Part shown: positions 7,741-15,605 of the stretch, in pieces | Position numbering within the stretch: the stretch's first letter is position 1 | How the letters are laid out: each line of letters starts with the position of its first letter | Source: a virus | Taxonomy: Duplodnaviria; Caudoviricetes | IMG/VR virus record: IMGVR_UViG_3300017540_000268 | Coordinates: 1-39,321 of that record | Reading direction: 5' to 3' (one strand) | Length of the DNA: 39,321 nt | Notes under the pieces: generated by a model | The model's input: the letters and a program-made list of their open reading frames with translations, nothing else | What the model was told of the DNA's origin: nothing | The model's database searches: none | Translations under genes and position numbers: made by a program

Positions 7741-7769
7741 AGTGAATCAGACTGCGGATTCCACGTCAA
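7741..7769 (-). promoter_or_regulatory. Putative sigma70 promoter for the ncRNA
   Basis: TTGACG-N17-TTCACT on the - strand; predicted +1 near the first base of P1. Confidence 0.5.
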
Positions 7770-7774
7770 GACAG

Positions 7775-7798
7775 GAAAAAGCCCGCGCGAGGCGGGGC
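7775..7798 (-). terminator. Intrinsic terminator insulating the DUF3800/ncRNA cassette
   Basis: GCCCCGCCTCGCGCGGGCTTTTTCC on the - strand. Confidence 0.6.
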
Positions 7799-7985
7799 GA
7801 CGTGGGCGGGGTGTTCCGCGTTCATTCCCGGTTCGGTCCCGGTTCTGAACGGATCGGTTCGGAAACGATCTGGGTCTGTTCCCGGATGTTCTCGCTGGCA
7901 GCTTTCCGCCAGCGCATGTTTTTGTGATGCAACTGCCGCGCGGGCCAAAGCTATATTGCTCTGTGAATTCTGCGGAGCACGAACG

Positions 7986-8405
7986 ATGAAACTGGCACCG
8001 ATGCTGCTGACCGCCTTGACCGTTGCCGCCTTGGGTTCGGCCCCGGCCACCGCCGATCCTGGACGTGGGCATGGCAAAGGCGGGCCCGCGCGTCATCACG
8101 ACGACCGCGGCCACAGGGACAGCCACCGCGCGCCGGTCCGCTATGTGACCGATTGCCCGCCCGGCCTCGCCAAGAAGAACCCGCCCTGCATTCCGCCCGG
8201 TCAGGTCGGTAAACGTTACGGCACCCGCGTCGGCGATACGCTACGCATCGGCGATTACCTGTTGATCCGCGATCTGGACCGGTACGGCCTGGAGCAGCGC
8301 CGGGGGTGGAACTACTACCGGGACGATGGCCGGATTTACCGCGTCGACAGCGGCACCCGGAAGATCCTCGCGGTGCTGAACCTGATCGACGCCTTCGCGA
8401 ACTGA
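7986..8405 (+). CDS. Exported RcnB-like protein, moron
   Basis: Signal peptide, His-rich linker, CPPGLAKKNPPCIPPGQ motif, YYRDDGRIYRVD...ILAVL C-terminus; RBS GGAG. Confidence 0.75.
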   Translation: MKLAPMLLTALTVAALGSAPATADPGRGHGKGGPARHHDDRGHRDSHRAPVRYVTDCPPGLAKKNPPCIPPGQVGKRYGTRVGDTLRIGDYLLIRDLDRYGLEQRRGWNYYRDDGRIYRVDSGTRKILAVLNLIDAFAN

Positions 8406-8504
8406 GAGAGGCCGGGCTTCAGGCAAGGCGCGGTTCCCGAAGGCCGGGAACAGCTACGACGCGACGATTGCCGCGCTGGAGGGGCTGGCGGCAGAGCTGG
8501 GCGT

Positions 8505-8831
8505 TTACGGTGCCATCCGATTGACCCACCAGCGCTCCAGCGCCGCGCAGATGCCGCGCGGGCCGAGGTAGGACAGCACCGCGATCAGCGCCACGGTCTG
8601 CGGGTCAGTCAGTTCCAGGTATTCGCCAGCGCCATCACCGATCAGCGCCATCCCGATGGCCATCGGAAGCTCCCAGATCATGAACAACCCGAAGGCCGGG
8701 CGGCGGCGGGCCCGGACCTCGCCGGCATGCCACATCAGGCGACCGACGACGGCAGCGACCATGGCCGTCCCTGCCCCGCCGATCAGTTTCTGCATGGCCT
8801 CGATCAGGCCGGGTTCAGGGGGTGTATCCAT
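8505..8831 (-). CDS. Phage holin (LydA/superfamily III-like)
   Basis: About 3 hydrophobic segments, GRLMWH...WELP and LSYLGPRG motifs; first gene after the tail module. Confidence 0.75.
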   Translation of the reverse strand: MDTPPEPGLIEAMQKLIGGAGTAMVAAVVGRLMWHAGEVRARRRPAFGLFMIWELPMAIGMALIGDGAGEYLELTDPQTVALIAVLSYLGPRGICAALERWWVNRMAP

Positions 8832-8847
8832 CGTCTCTCCGCTTGCC

Positions 8848-8875
8848 AAAGAAGAAGCCCCGCCTGGGCGGGGCT
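8848..8875 (-). terminator. Intrinsic terminator between tail genes and holin
   Basis: AGCCCCGC-CCAG-GCGGGGCT followed by TCTTCTTT. Confidence 0.65.
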
Positions 8876-8905
8876 GTTGAGATGCCGGGGGAATGCCTTC
8901 GGTTT

Positions 8906-9694
8906 TCAGGTAATGCCGAACAGCGATTCCAGCCGCTGACAATCTTCGGTCAATTCATCCGCCCCCATCGCCCGATCGAAGAACCGGGCTTCACGAAGCA
9001 GGAAATCGCCCGCGCCTCCGGTGGAAAGGCCGCGACCGAGAATATCGCAGCCGAAGATGGGATGCCTGATTTCAGTGACCTCTGGGTAAGCGGCGGCGCG
9101 GGTATGCAGCGCATCCCCGGTCTTGTAGGTATAGCTGGGGCCGGTCGAGCTGATCGACGCGCCGATGACTTTCCAGTCGTTCGGGTTGCTGGTCGGGACA
9201 TAAACGCCGGTCGCCCCCGACGCAAAAACCGCGACACGTGGGTTCGTTACCCCGTCAGCATCGGCAACGGGTCGAATTGCGGGCGATCCGCCTGGCGTAT
9301 CACCCGGTTCCAAAATCCTAAGGTTGGATGAGGTCGGGCCATAGGCGCGGATGCGGACGGTGAGGATGATCGTGCATTCGCCCGTGTTGATGTTGACGCG
9401 GCCTTCCGTTGTCAGCGAACGGTCCCCGCTGAAATCCAGGACGCCCAGGTTATCCGGCCCGCCGTTCCAAACGAATTCGGGGCGCAGGCTGTCGTTGATC
9501 ACCTGGTCGAAGTTCCTGGCTGCGTAGGGTGCCCTGCCTCGGGCCATGACAGCCGGGCGAACCCCAGGTGACGCGCCAGTCAACCGGCCAGGATCGAGAA
9601 TGATCAGCGCGTCCTTGTCGTAGATGTTGGGCCGCGTCAGCGGGATCGGGCCAGTGATCGCCTTCTGGCCGAAAAATGCGACGGTATCGGGCAT
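8906..9694 (-). CDS. Tail-associated protein, probable LamG/concanavalin-like beta sandwich
   Basis: Follows the tail spike; LDFSGD...TIILTVR...EARFFDRAMGADEL pattern. Confidence 0.55.
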   Translation of the reverse strand: MPDTVAFFGQKAITGPIPLTRPNIYDKDALIILDPGRLTGASPGVRPAVMARGRAPYAARNFDQVINDSLRPEFVWNGGPDNLGVLDFSGDRSLTTEGRVNINTGECTIILTVRIRAYGPTSSNLRILEPGDTPGGSPAIRPVADADGVTNPRVAVFASGATGVYVPTSNPNDWKVIGASISSTGPSYTYKTGDALHTRAAAYPEVTEIRHPIFGCDILGRGLSTGGAGDFLLREARFFDRAMGADELTEDCQRLESLFGIT

Positions 9695-9698
9695 CGGC

Positions 9699-11888
9699 TT
9701 AGCTCTCCGTGCGATAGAGGTTGTTGTTGATCAGATGGCGGCGGAATTCCTGCGCCGCGAGATAGCGCCCGAGCGCGTTGAAGTGGCCCGCGTCGCGCGA
9801 CAGCGACGGGCAGCGGTTGCCCGCGGCCTGTTGCGCCAGATCCTCCGTGGTCGGGCCAGCGTAGCCGGGGGCAAGACCGTTAAGAATATCGGCAGGGATT
9901 TCCGCGGCATCGGTCCACACCCTCGAACTGAGGAAATAGGCGTTCATGTCCCAGACCAACGGGCCCCACTTCGCGATCATGGCGGCATTGCCGCTGGCGA
10001 ACTTTGCGCGGTTCGGGTTTTCAGGAGCCCAATCCATGTCGCACATGTCCGTCCAGATCGAAAAGCGGATGTCCCGCGCGTCGAGATAGTTCACGATCGC
10101 TTCGCGCCGCTCAAAGATCTGCTCCCAGGTCGATCCGCCCGGTGCATCGTTCCAACCGGTATGGATGACAAAGAAGCGGTCCCGCAGGGTGGGTCCGAGC
10201 GTTGGGAAGAACGAAACCTCCCAGCCTATGGAAATTTCCGCGCCGGCGTTTGCACGGGTGAAGACCAGAGAACTGTCATCCGCCGACCAGGACAGAGTTC
10301 CAGGGATCTGACCGCCGGTATTCGCGTCATCGGTCCAGCGGTTCAGCCTCCCATCGAACGCTTTCAGCTGATTATTGCCTGTCATGTTGACGGCAGTAAC
10401 CAACACGGGGCCCGACGCGGGAATGACGCCCCCGTTTATGGTCAGGCGCGCCGGGATGGCGCCGAGGCGCGCAGCCGTGTGCATCGAACGCTCGCCGCTT
10501 TTGCAGTCGTTCGTCACGTCAACGACCTCAACCCCACCGTAAGCCGGGATCAGACCGTCGAACGCACCAGCGATTTCCGTCCGCATTTCCCAGGGCGTGG
10601 ACGATCCGATGACGGCGATTTTGGTCAGATCGGACCGGGCCCGTGCGAAGGTCACTTGGGCGGATCGGTCGTAGAACGGCGAGTCGAGTTCTTGAGCGGC
10701 CGAGCCCGGATCGGAAATGCGATCGCTGAGATTGTCCCAGATTTCGTCATAGACCCAATCCGGCCAGCCGCCATCGCTCTCTTGTGCCCAGCCCGGCATC
10801 ACATAGTTGCCGTCGCGGTCGTGCTGGCTGAAGATCAACCCCGATCCTTGGACTTCGCGGATCACGCCGCTCGGCGGCAGATCAGGCATGCGGCTGCTGG
10901 TATCGGCCCAGATCTCGTCATAGATCCAGGCGGGCCAGCCACCGTCGCTTTCCTGCGCCCAGCCCGGCATGATGAAGTTGCCGTTCGCGTCATGCTGGCT
11001 GAAAATATACTCGCCGCCGACTTCACGGATCACGCCGCTCGGCGGAAGCTCGGGGAGCATGGGTTCGACCCTGGTCCAGATCTCGTCGTAGATCCATGAC
11101 GGCCAACCGCCATCGCTCTCCTGCGCCCAGCCCGGCATCACGTAGTTGCCGTTGCGATCCACCGAGGCCAGAATATATCCGCTCACGTCGGCCACAGGGC
11201 GGATCATGGAGGAACGGGCGGAAACCTCATTGTCCAGCAACTCGCGGCGCGGCAATCTCAACGCCACGCCCCAACTAGGTTGCGTCTCGAACAGAGGATC
11301 GTCGGCGGCGTTACTGAAACTGCGCACCGCAAGATACTCGCCCTCGATCGTCGTGATGAGGCTGAGCGATCCGGGCAGGTTGGCCTGGCCGAAGTTCACG
11401 GCGGCAGTGCGCGAAGTGAAGGCTTTTCCGTTGTTGGAAAGGGCAATTGCCAGGCCGCTGATATCGGGAATGCGCACGGACTCTGACAGGCGAACTTCCT
11501 TCCTGTCGGTCGAATTCCAGTAGATATAGCCGAGCAATCGTTGGCCGCCCGGCAGATCGCCAGCGGCCAACGTGCTCCCATTGCGCGCCTTGATGACGAA
11601 CTCATCGCCGCCGATGGTGATGATCGGATCGGGTCCGGTGTTTGGGTAAGGGCAGCGGAACCGCAGCATTTGCCCCGCCGTGAGCGAGATATGAGACTGC
11701 GCGGCCGGAATAGTCGTTACCAGCATCTGGCCGGTAGATGCCTCGGTATCGGTCTGCAGGGCGAGGACGTCGCCGAGATTGCTGGCGGCCACGATCCCAT
11801 CGACAGACGCCCATAGGTTGCGAACGTCTGCCTTATCGACGGGCTGGCCGTTCACATAGGTCGTGTTCGCATCGCTCGCGTATGACAT
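9699..11888 (-). CDS. Tail spike/fibre with internal repeats and C-terminal SGNH hydrolase domain
   Basis: IAVIGSST, KSGERS, HTGWND and DAGHFN match SGNH blocks I/II/III/V; position after the central tail tip gene. Confidence 0.75.
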   Translation of the reverse strand: MSYASDANTTYVNGQPVDKADVRNLWASVDGIVAASNLGDVLALQTDTEASTGQMLVTTIPAAQSHISLTAGQMLRFRCPYPNTGPDPIITIGGDEFVIKARNGSTLAAGDLPGGQRLLGYIYWNSTDRKEVRLSESVRIPDISGLAIALSNNGKAFTSRTAAVNFGQANLPGSLSLITTIEGEYLAVRSFSNAADDPLFETQPSWGVALRLPRRELLDNEVSARSSMIRPVADVSGYILASVDRNGNYVMPGWAQESDGGWPSWIYDEIWTRVEPMLPELPPSGVIREVGGEYIFSQHDANGNFIMPGWAQESDGGWPAWIYDEIWADTSSRMPDLPPSGVIREVQGSGLIFSQHDRDGNYVMPGWAQESDGGWPDWVYDEIWDNLSDRISDPGSAAQELDSPFYDRSAQVTFARARSDLTKIAVIGSSTPWEMRTEIAGAFDGLIPAYGGVEVVDVTNDCKSGERSMHTAARLGAIPARLTINGGVIPASGPVLVTAVNMTGNNQLKAFDGRLNRWTDDANTGGQIPGTLSWSADDSSLVFTRANAGAEISIGWEVSFFPTLGPTLRDRFFVIHTGWNDAPGGSTWEQIFERREAIVNYLDARDIRFSIWTDMCDMDWAPENPNRAKFASGNAAMIAKWGPLVWDMNAYFLSSRVWTDAAEIPADILNGLAPGYAGPTTEDLAQQAAGNRCPSLSRDAGHFNALGRYLAAQEFRRHLINNNLYRTES
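10720..11210 (-). repeat. Three tandem 56-57 aa repeats in the tail spike
   Basis: GN[YF][VI]MPGWAQESDGGWP.W[IV]YDEIW three times; DNA periods of 168 and 171 bp. Confidence 0.92.
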
Positions 11889-11902
11889 GCATGCCTCACA
11901 TG

Positions 11903-11926
11903 GAAAAGCGGCCCCAGAGGACCGCT
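11903..11926 (-). terminator. Terminator-like hairpin before the tail spike gene
   Basis: AGCGGTCC-TCTG-GGGCCGCT then TTTCC. Confidence 0.5.
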
Positions 11927-11950
11927 ACTGTTTGCTGGATTTGCGCTTGA

Positions 11951-14005
11951 TCAGGCGGGATAGTTGCCGACTTCGACCGGGTCGGACGCGACCTGGGATT
12001 GGTTTTCGGAGCGCAGCCAGAACCGCGCACCGGAAGGCGGAATGGAGGCCGTCATCGTCACCTGCGAAGACTGGTCGAAGGACCATTTGACCAGCGTTGC
12101 GGAGCCGAAGGGCGCCCCGGACGCGGCGCGATAAAGCCCGGTGCGGTGGTAGTTCGCGCCGAGGTCTACCCTGAAGGTGACGATCAGGTTGTCTCCCGCG
12201 CTGCCGCTGGCGGATATGACGACAGGCTCATCCGGCGGGTTACCGTTGGCCACGACGTCAACCCCGGTCACGACAACCGGGACGGACAGCATCTGCAGCT
12301 CGCGGCCACTGGACCCGTTGCTGTAGCGGCCGAAGAAGACCCGGAAATCGTATTCGGACAGGTCGCCCAGTGGCATCGTCCTGAACGAAAACCCGTTTCC
12401 GGACGTGCCCTCGCTGATCATGTCGGTCCAGGACACCAGGCTCCCCGTCCGACGATATTGCGCGATCAGCCGATCACCGCGTTGCGCCGCAAGCGTTCCC
12501 TCGATCCGGATATAAACCGGCCCGTCGTCGGTAATCAGGGTCACGCCGGAAATCGCCACATCTCGCGTCGCGACGCCCCGGTCTATATCGGTGAGGATGG
12601 CCGGCGGTTCCCCCTCCTCGCTCGCCGTCCAATCGAATGACGCTGGCTCGGCCTCGATCAGATCGACCGTGATATTGCTCCCGTCGAAGGCCAGGCCGTC
12701 GATCCAGAACGGCACCGATGCCAGGCCCAGCCGCGGCAGGTTGACGGCCACCACGCGCTCTCCGATCAGCCGCAGGCCAAAAGCCCTCAACTTGATGGAC
12801 ATGCGACGATCCGGGTTCATCCGTGCCAGCATTTGCTTGCAGACATGAGCGGCCTGACCGTGATGTTGCACCGCCAGCAGATCCACGCTTTTTGGCTGTC
12901 CCTCGCCCCAACGCGCGATCGCATCGGCATCGTCGACGGGATCGGCCGTGGTTTCCCGCCACCGCACCTGCGGCGCGACATAGGTCGGCACCAGGGTCGT
13001 CACCCGGTTGATGCGCTCGGTCCCGGCTCCATATTCCATTTCGACGATATGGCGCTCCTCGATGGTGATGCTCGGCGCCCGCCAGACGCCCGCTTCGACG
13101 GCGAGCTTGCCTTCCGGCGTGATCCAAGCCCGGCCGCCCATGGCATCCAGGAGCTTCTGCGCCGTATCCTTGATCGGATCGGACAGCGCGTAGCTGATGC
13201 CGGACTGGTAGCGGCTGCGCGTGCCGCCATCCGTCGGGACCAAGGCACTGCAATCGGTTCGGGCGATGGCGAGCAGACTCACATCGATGTCGGCTGGAGC
13301 CAAAGCGCCATAGACCGGGTTGGTCAGGATATCGGACAGGTGCACTGCTGGATTGCGGCCATTGACGGTCGAGCCATCCAGAACCCAATAGGCACCTGCC
13401 CCATCGATCAGCGCCGAGACCTCTGGCTCGCCGCCGGAATAAACCTCGGCGATATCCTCGCCGCCCACCGCATCGAAGGTGGCCAGGATCGTGCCGACGC
13501 CGCGCAGGCGATGCGCCTCGGTCCATTGCGAGGGGAAGGCTGCGCGAAGGTCGGCATAGTCGCCGCCGTCCCATTGATCGCCCTGGATGCCTTTCCGCCA
13601 GCGGAGACGGATATTGCCCTTGTTCCACGGTGCCGTGGTGACATAGCCGTTGGCATCGACCTCGACGGGCTCGCCGTCCAGATACCATTGCTGGACATTG
13701 CTCATCCCGCCTTGGGCTACCGCGAGCAGCTTGAACAGGCGGCGTTCACCGCCGACATAGGCCCAGTCCCAGAACATGACCGCGCCGCTGGACCGGACGC
13801 GGCCGAGATGCCGGATGCGCTGCGCATTGCTGGACCGCAACTCGGTTTGCAACTCTTGCGGTCGAGGCCCTTTCGGAGCCATGATCTTGGCGACGGCCAT
13901 GTTGATCGCGACGCCAACCGCGAACTTCAGCAGGGCCGCACCCACGGCGCCGGCCGCGCTGGCTCCCGTCCAGACGGCAGCGAGCCATCCTCCTACTGCT
14001 GGCAT
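11951..14005 (-). CDS. Central tail tip/host specificity protein (gpJ-like)
   Basis: HLGRVRSSG, WTEAHRLRG, NPAVHLSDIL motifs, Fn3-like C-terminus, synteny. Confidence 0.8.
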   Translation of the reverse strand: MPAVGGWLAAVWTGASAAGAVGAALLKFAVGVAINMAVAKIMAPKGPRPQELQTELRSSNAQRIRHLGRVRSSGAVMFWDWAYVGGERRLFKLLAVAQGGMSNVQQWYLDGEPVEVDANGYVTTAPWNKGNIRLRWRKGIQGDQWDGGDYADLRAAFPSQWTEAHRLRGVGTILATFDAVGGEDIAEVYSGGEPEVSALIDGAGAYWVLDGSTVNGRNPAVHLSDILTNPVYGALAPADIDVSLLAIARTDCSALVPTDGGTRSRYQSGISYALSDPIKDTAQKLLDAMGGRAWITPEGKLAVEAGVWRAPSITIEERHIVEMEYGAGTERINRVTTLVPTYVAPQVRWRETTADPVDDADAIARWGEGQPKSVDLLAVQHHGQAAHVCKQMLARMNPDRRMSIKLRAFGLRLIGERVVAVNLPRLGLASVPFWIDGLAFDGSNITVDLIEAEPASFDWTASEEGEPPAILTDIDRGVATRDVAISGVTLITDDGPVYIRIEGTLAAQRGDRLIAQYRRTGSLVSWTDMISEGTSGNGFSFRTMPLGDLSEYDFRVFFGRYSNGSSGRELQMLSVPVVVTGVDVVANGNPPDEPVVISASGSAGDNLIVTFRVDLGANYHRTGLYRAASGAPFGSATLVKWSFDQSSQVTMTASIPPSGARFWLRSENQSQVASDPVEVGNYPA

Positions 14006-14377
14006 TCAATCACCCCAGATTGCGATTGCCCTGGCGCGCACCATGGCAACGCCGCGGGGCGTCCTGATCAGCCAATGGCTGCCGGACCAGATGGCAGAGA
14101 CCTGACGGCCCCGGAATTCGATGACGCCGATATCGCCCTCGGCCGGGGCATCCTTGCGCGGCAGCGGGATTTCCGGGCTGACCAGCGCGACCAGATCACC
14201 ACCCACCAGCGCGTCGGCATCCTCCTCGCTGCGGCACCTGCCGCGATACCGGGCGGCGAAATCCAAGCCCCAGCGCACCAGCCCCCAATCCGCGACCCAG
14301 AAGGTGCAGTTCTCGGCGGCCCAGTCCCAGGGCCGCGCGGCGGTGGCCTCGACAAAGGCCGCTAGCCGATCAGCCAT
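14006..14377 (-). CDS. Tail tip NlpC/P60-like (DUF6950-type) protein
   Basis: PWDWAAENCTFWVADW and GDIGVI motifs; synteny. Confidence 0.7.
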   Translation of the reverse strand: MADRLAAFVEATAARPWDWAAENCTFWVADWGLVRWGLDFAARYRGRCRSEEDADALVGGDLVALVSPEIPLPRKDAPAEGDIGVIEFRGRQVSAIWSGSHWLIRTPRGVAMVRARAIAIWGD

Positions 14378-14928
14378 CCCTTGATCTTCTTGCCGACCAG
14401 AGAAGCCGCATACTGGCAGCCGAGGTCGCCCGGGTGACGGCGCTGCTGATCGCGGTCGGTATATTCGCCGAGCGGCGTATAGTTCCGGGACGCGGCGATG
14501 GTCTCGGCACGGATGCGGATTTCGGCCAGTCCGACATTCTCGCGCGGCTTCACATCGACGATCCGGCCGACATGCATCACGATGGCATCGTCAGGGAAAC
14601 CCCGCACCGCCCAGAGCTGGCGCACCAGCTTGTCCGACCATGAGGCCGGGTTGTTCAGCGCCTCATAGGCCAGGTCAGCGCCTTCCTTGTTTCCCACGTT
14701 CCAGACCGTGTAATAGGCCGGGTTGGCGTCGAATGGATTGGCCGACAGGCTGAGCGGGTCGGCGCCGATCCAGCCCATCGAGGGCTGCCAGATCTGGCCG
14801 GCAAAGGTCAGCGGCACCTCGGTTTCGTTAAGGTAATACTGCACCGACCCGAAATTGAGATGGAACAGTCGGACCAGCGGCACCACCTCGGGGTCGCTTT
14901 CGAGGAAAGCGGCAAGCTCTGGGCTCAT
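14362..14928 (-). CDS. Minor tail/hub protein
   Basis: YTDRDQQRRHPGDLGC C-terminal motif typical of this slot; overlaps neighbours. Confidence 0.7.
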   Translation of the reverse strand: MSPELAAFLESDPEVVPLVRLFHLNFGSVQYYLNETEVPLTFAGQIWQPSMGWIGADPLSLSANPFDANPAYYTVWNVGNKEGADLAYEALNNPASWSDKLVRQLWAVRGFPDDAIVMHVGRIVDVKPRENVGLAEIRIRAETIAASRNYTPLGEYTDRDQQRRHPGDLGCQYAASLVGKKIKGWLIG

Positions 14929-15605
14929 CTGTCGAACGCCTCGATGAAGGAAATGGTGATGCTCTGGCCCCATTTGAGCATCTCACGGGTGCGCTGGCCC
15001 TGCATGTCGTCGACAAAGCGGCCGAAGAAGCGCGGCGGATTGGTGGTCAGGGCGGTTCCCGCAGCAATGGGGCGCCGGGCGGACGGCTCGAACTTTACCC
15101 ATCCGGCAGAATTGCGTCGCACAACCCGGTAGAGGAAGCCATTGACCGAGAACATGTCGCCGATGCGCAGGGAGGGCCGCACCGGGTTGGTCAGGTCCAC
15201 ATAAAGCTCATTGTCCCCGGCCGCGACCACAGCCGAGGTCAGCAGCGGTTGCGTGCCCGCTGCCGGGTCGGTGAAGCCGGTTCCGTCGCTGAACCATGTT
15301 CCATCGCTGAACGGGGTCTGCACGGGGCTCACGCGCGGGCCATATTTGTAGGGATCGCAGATGCAGAGGTTCGCCACGTTGTAGCGGCCGCGCATTTCCG
15401 AGACCAAGGCCTCCAGCTCCTTGACCCTGGTCCCGTCGAAATCCCGCGGGATCGTGATATCCACCCGCCAGGCGCCCATGCTCGGCGCGAGAACCTGCGC
15501 GACGCCCGCGAGATTGGCGCCGGCGTCGCGCGAGGTCCACTGGATGAAATAGCTGACATCCATCGGCCGGGTCAGGCTGCACGGCCAGGCGATCACTTCG
15601 GGCAT
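14925..15605 (-). CDS. Distal tail protein
   Basis: Directly after the tape measure gene; PFSDGTWFSDGTGF motif; ends FIEAF. Confidence 0.7.
   Translation of the reverse strand: MPEVIAWPCSLTRPMDVSYFIQWTSRDAGANLAGVAQVLAPSMGAWRVDITIPRDFDGTRVKELEALVSEMRGRYNVANLCICDPYKYGPRVSPVQTPFSDGTWFSDGTGFTDPAAGTQPLLTSAVVAAGDNELYVDLTNPVRPSLRIGDMFSVNGFLYRVVRRNSAGWVKFEPSARRPIAAGTALTTNPPRFFGRFVDDMQGQRTREMLKWGQSITISFIEAFDR

Noticed and set aside
7878-7891. GTTC-N6-GTTC as an SOS box
   Set aside because: Spacing is 6 rather than the canonical 7
10720-11210. Tail-spike repeats as a diversity-generating retroelement or CRISPR array
   Set aside because: Repeats are in-frame coding units with mostly synonymous differences; no adenine-specific pattern, no spacers, and no reverse transcriptase or cas gene in the window
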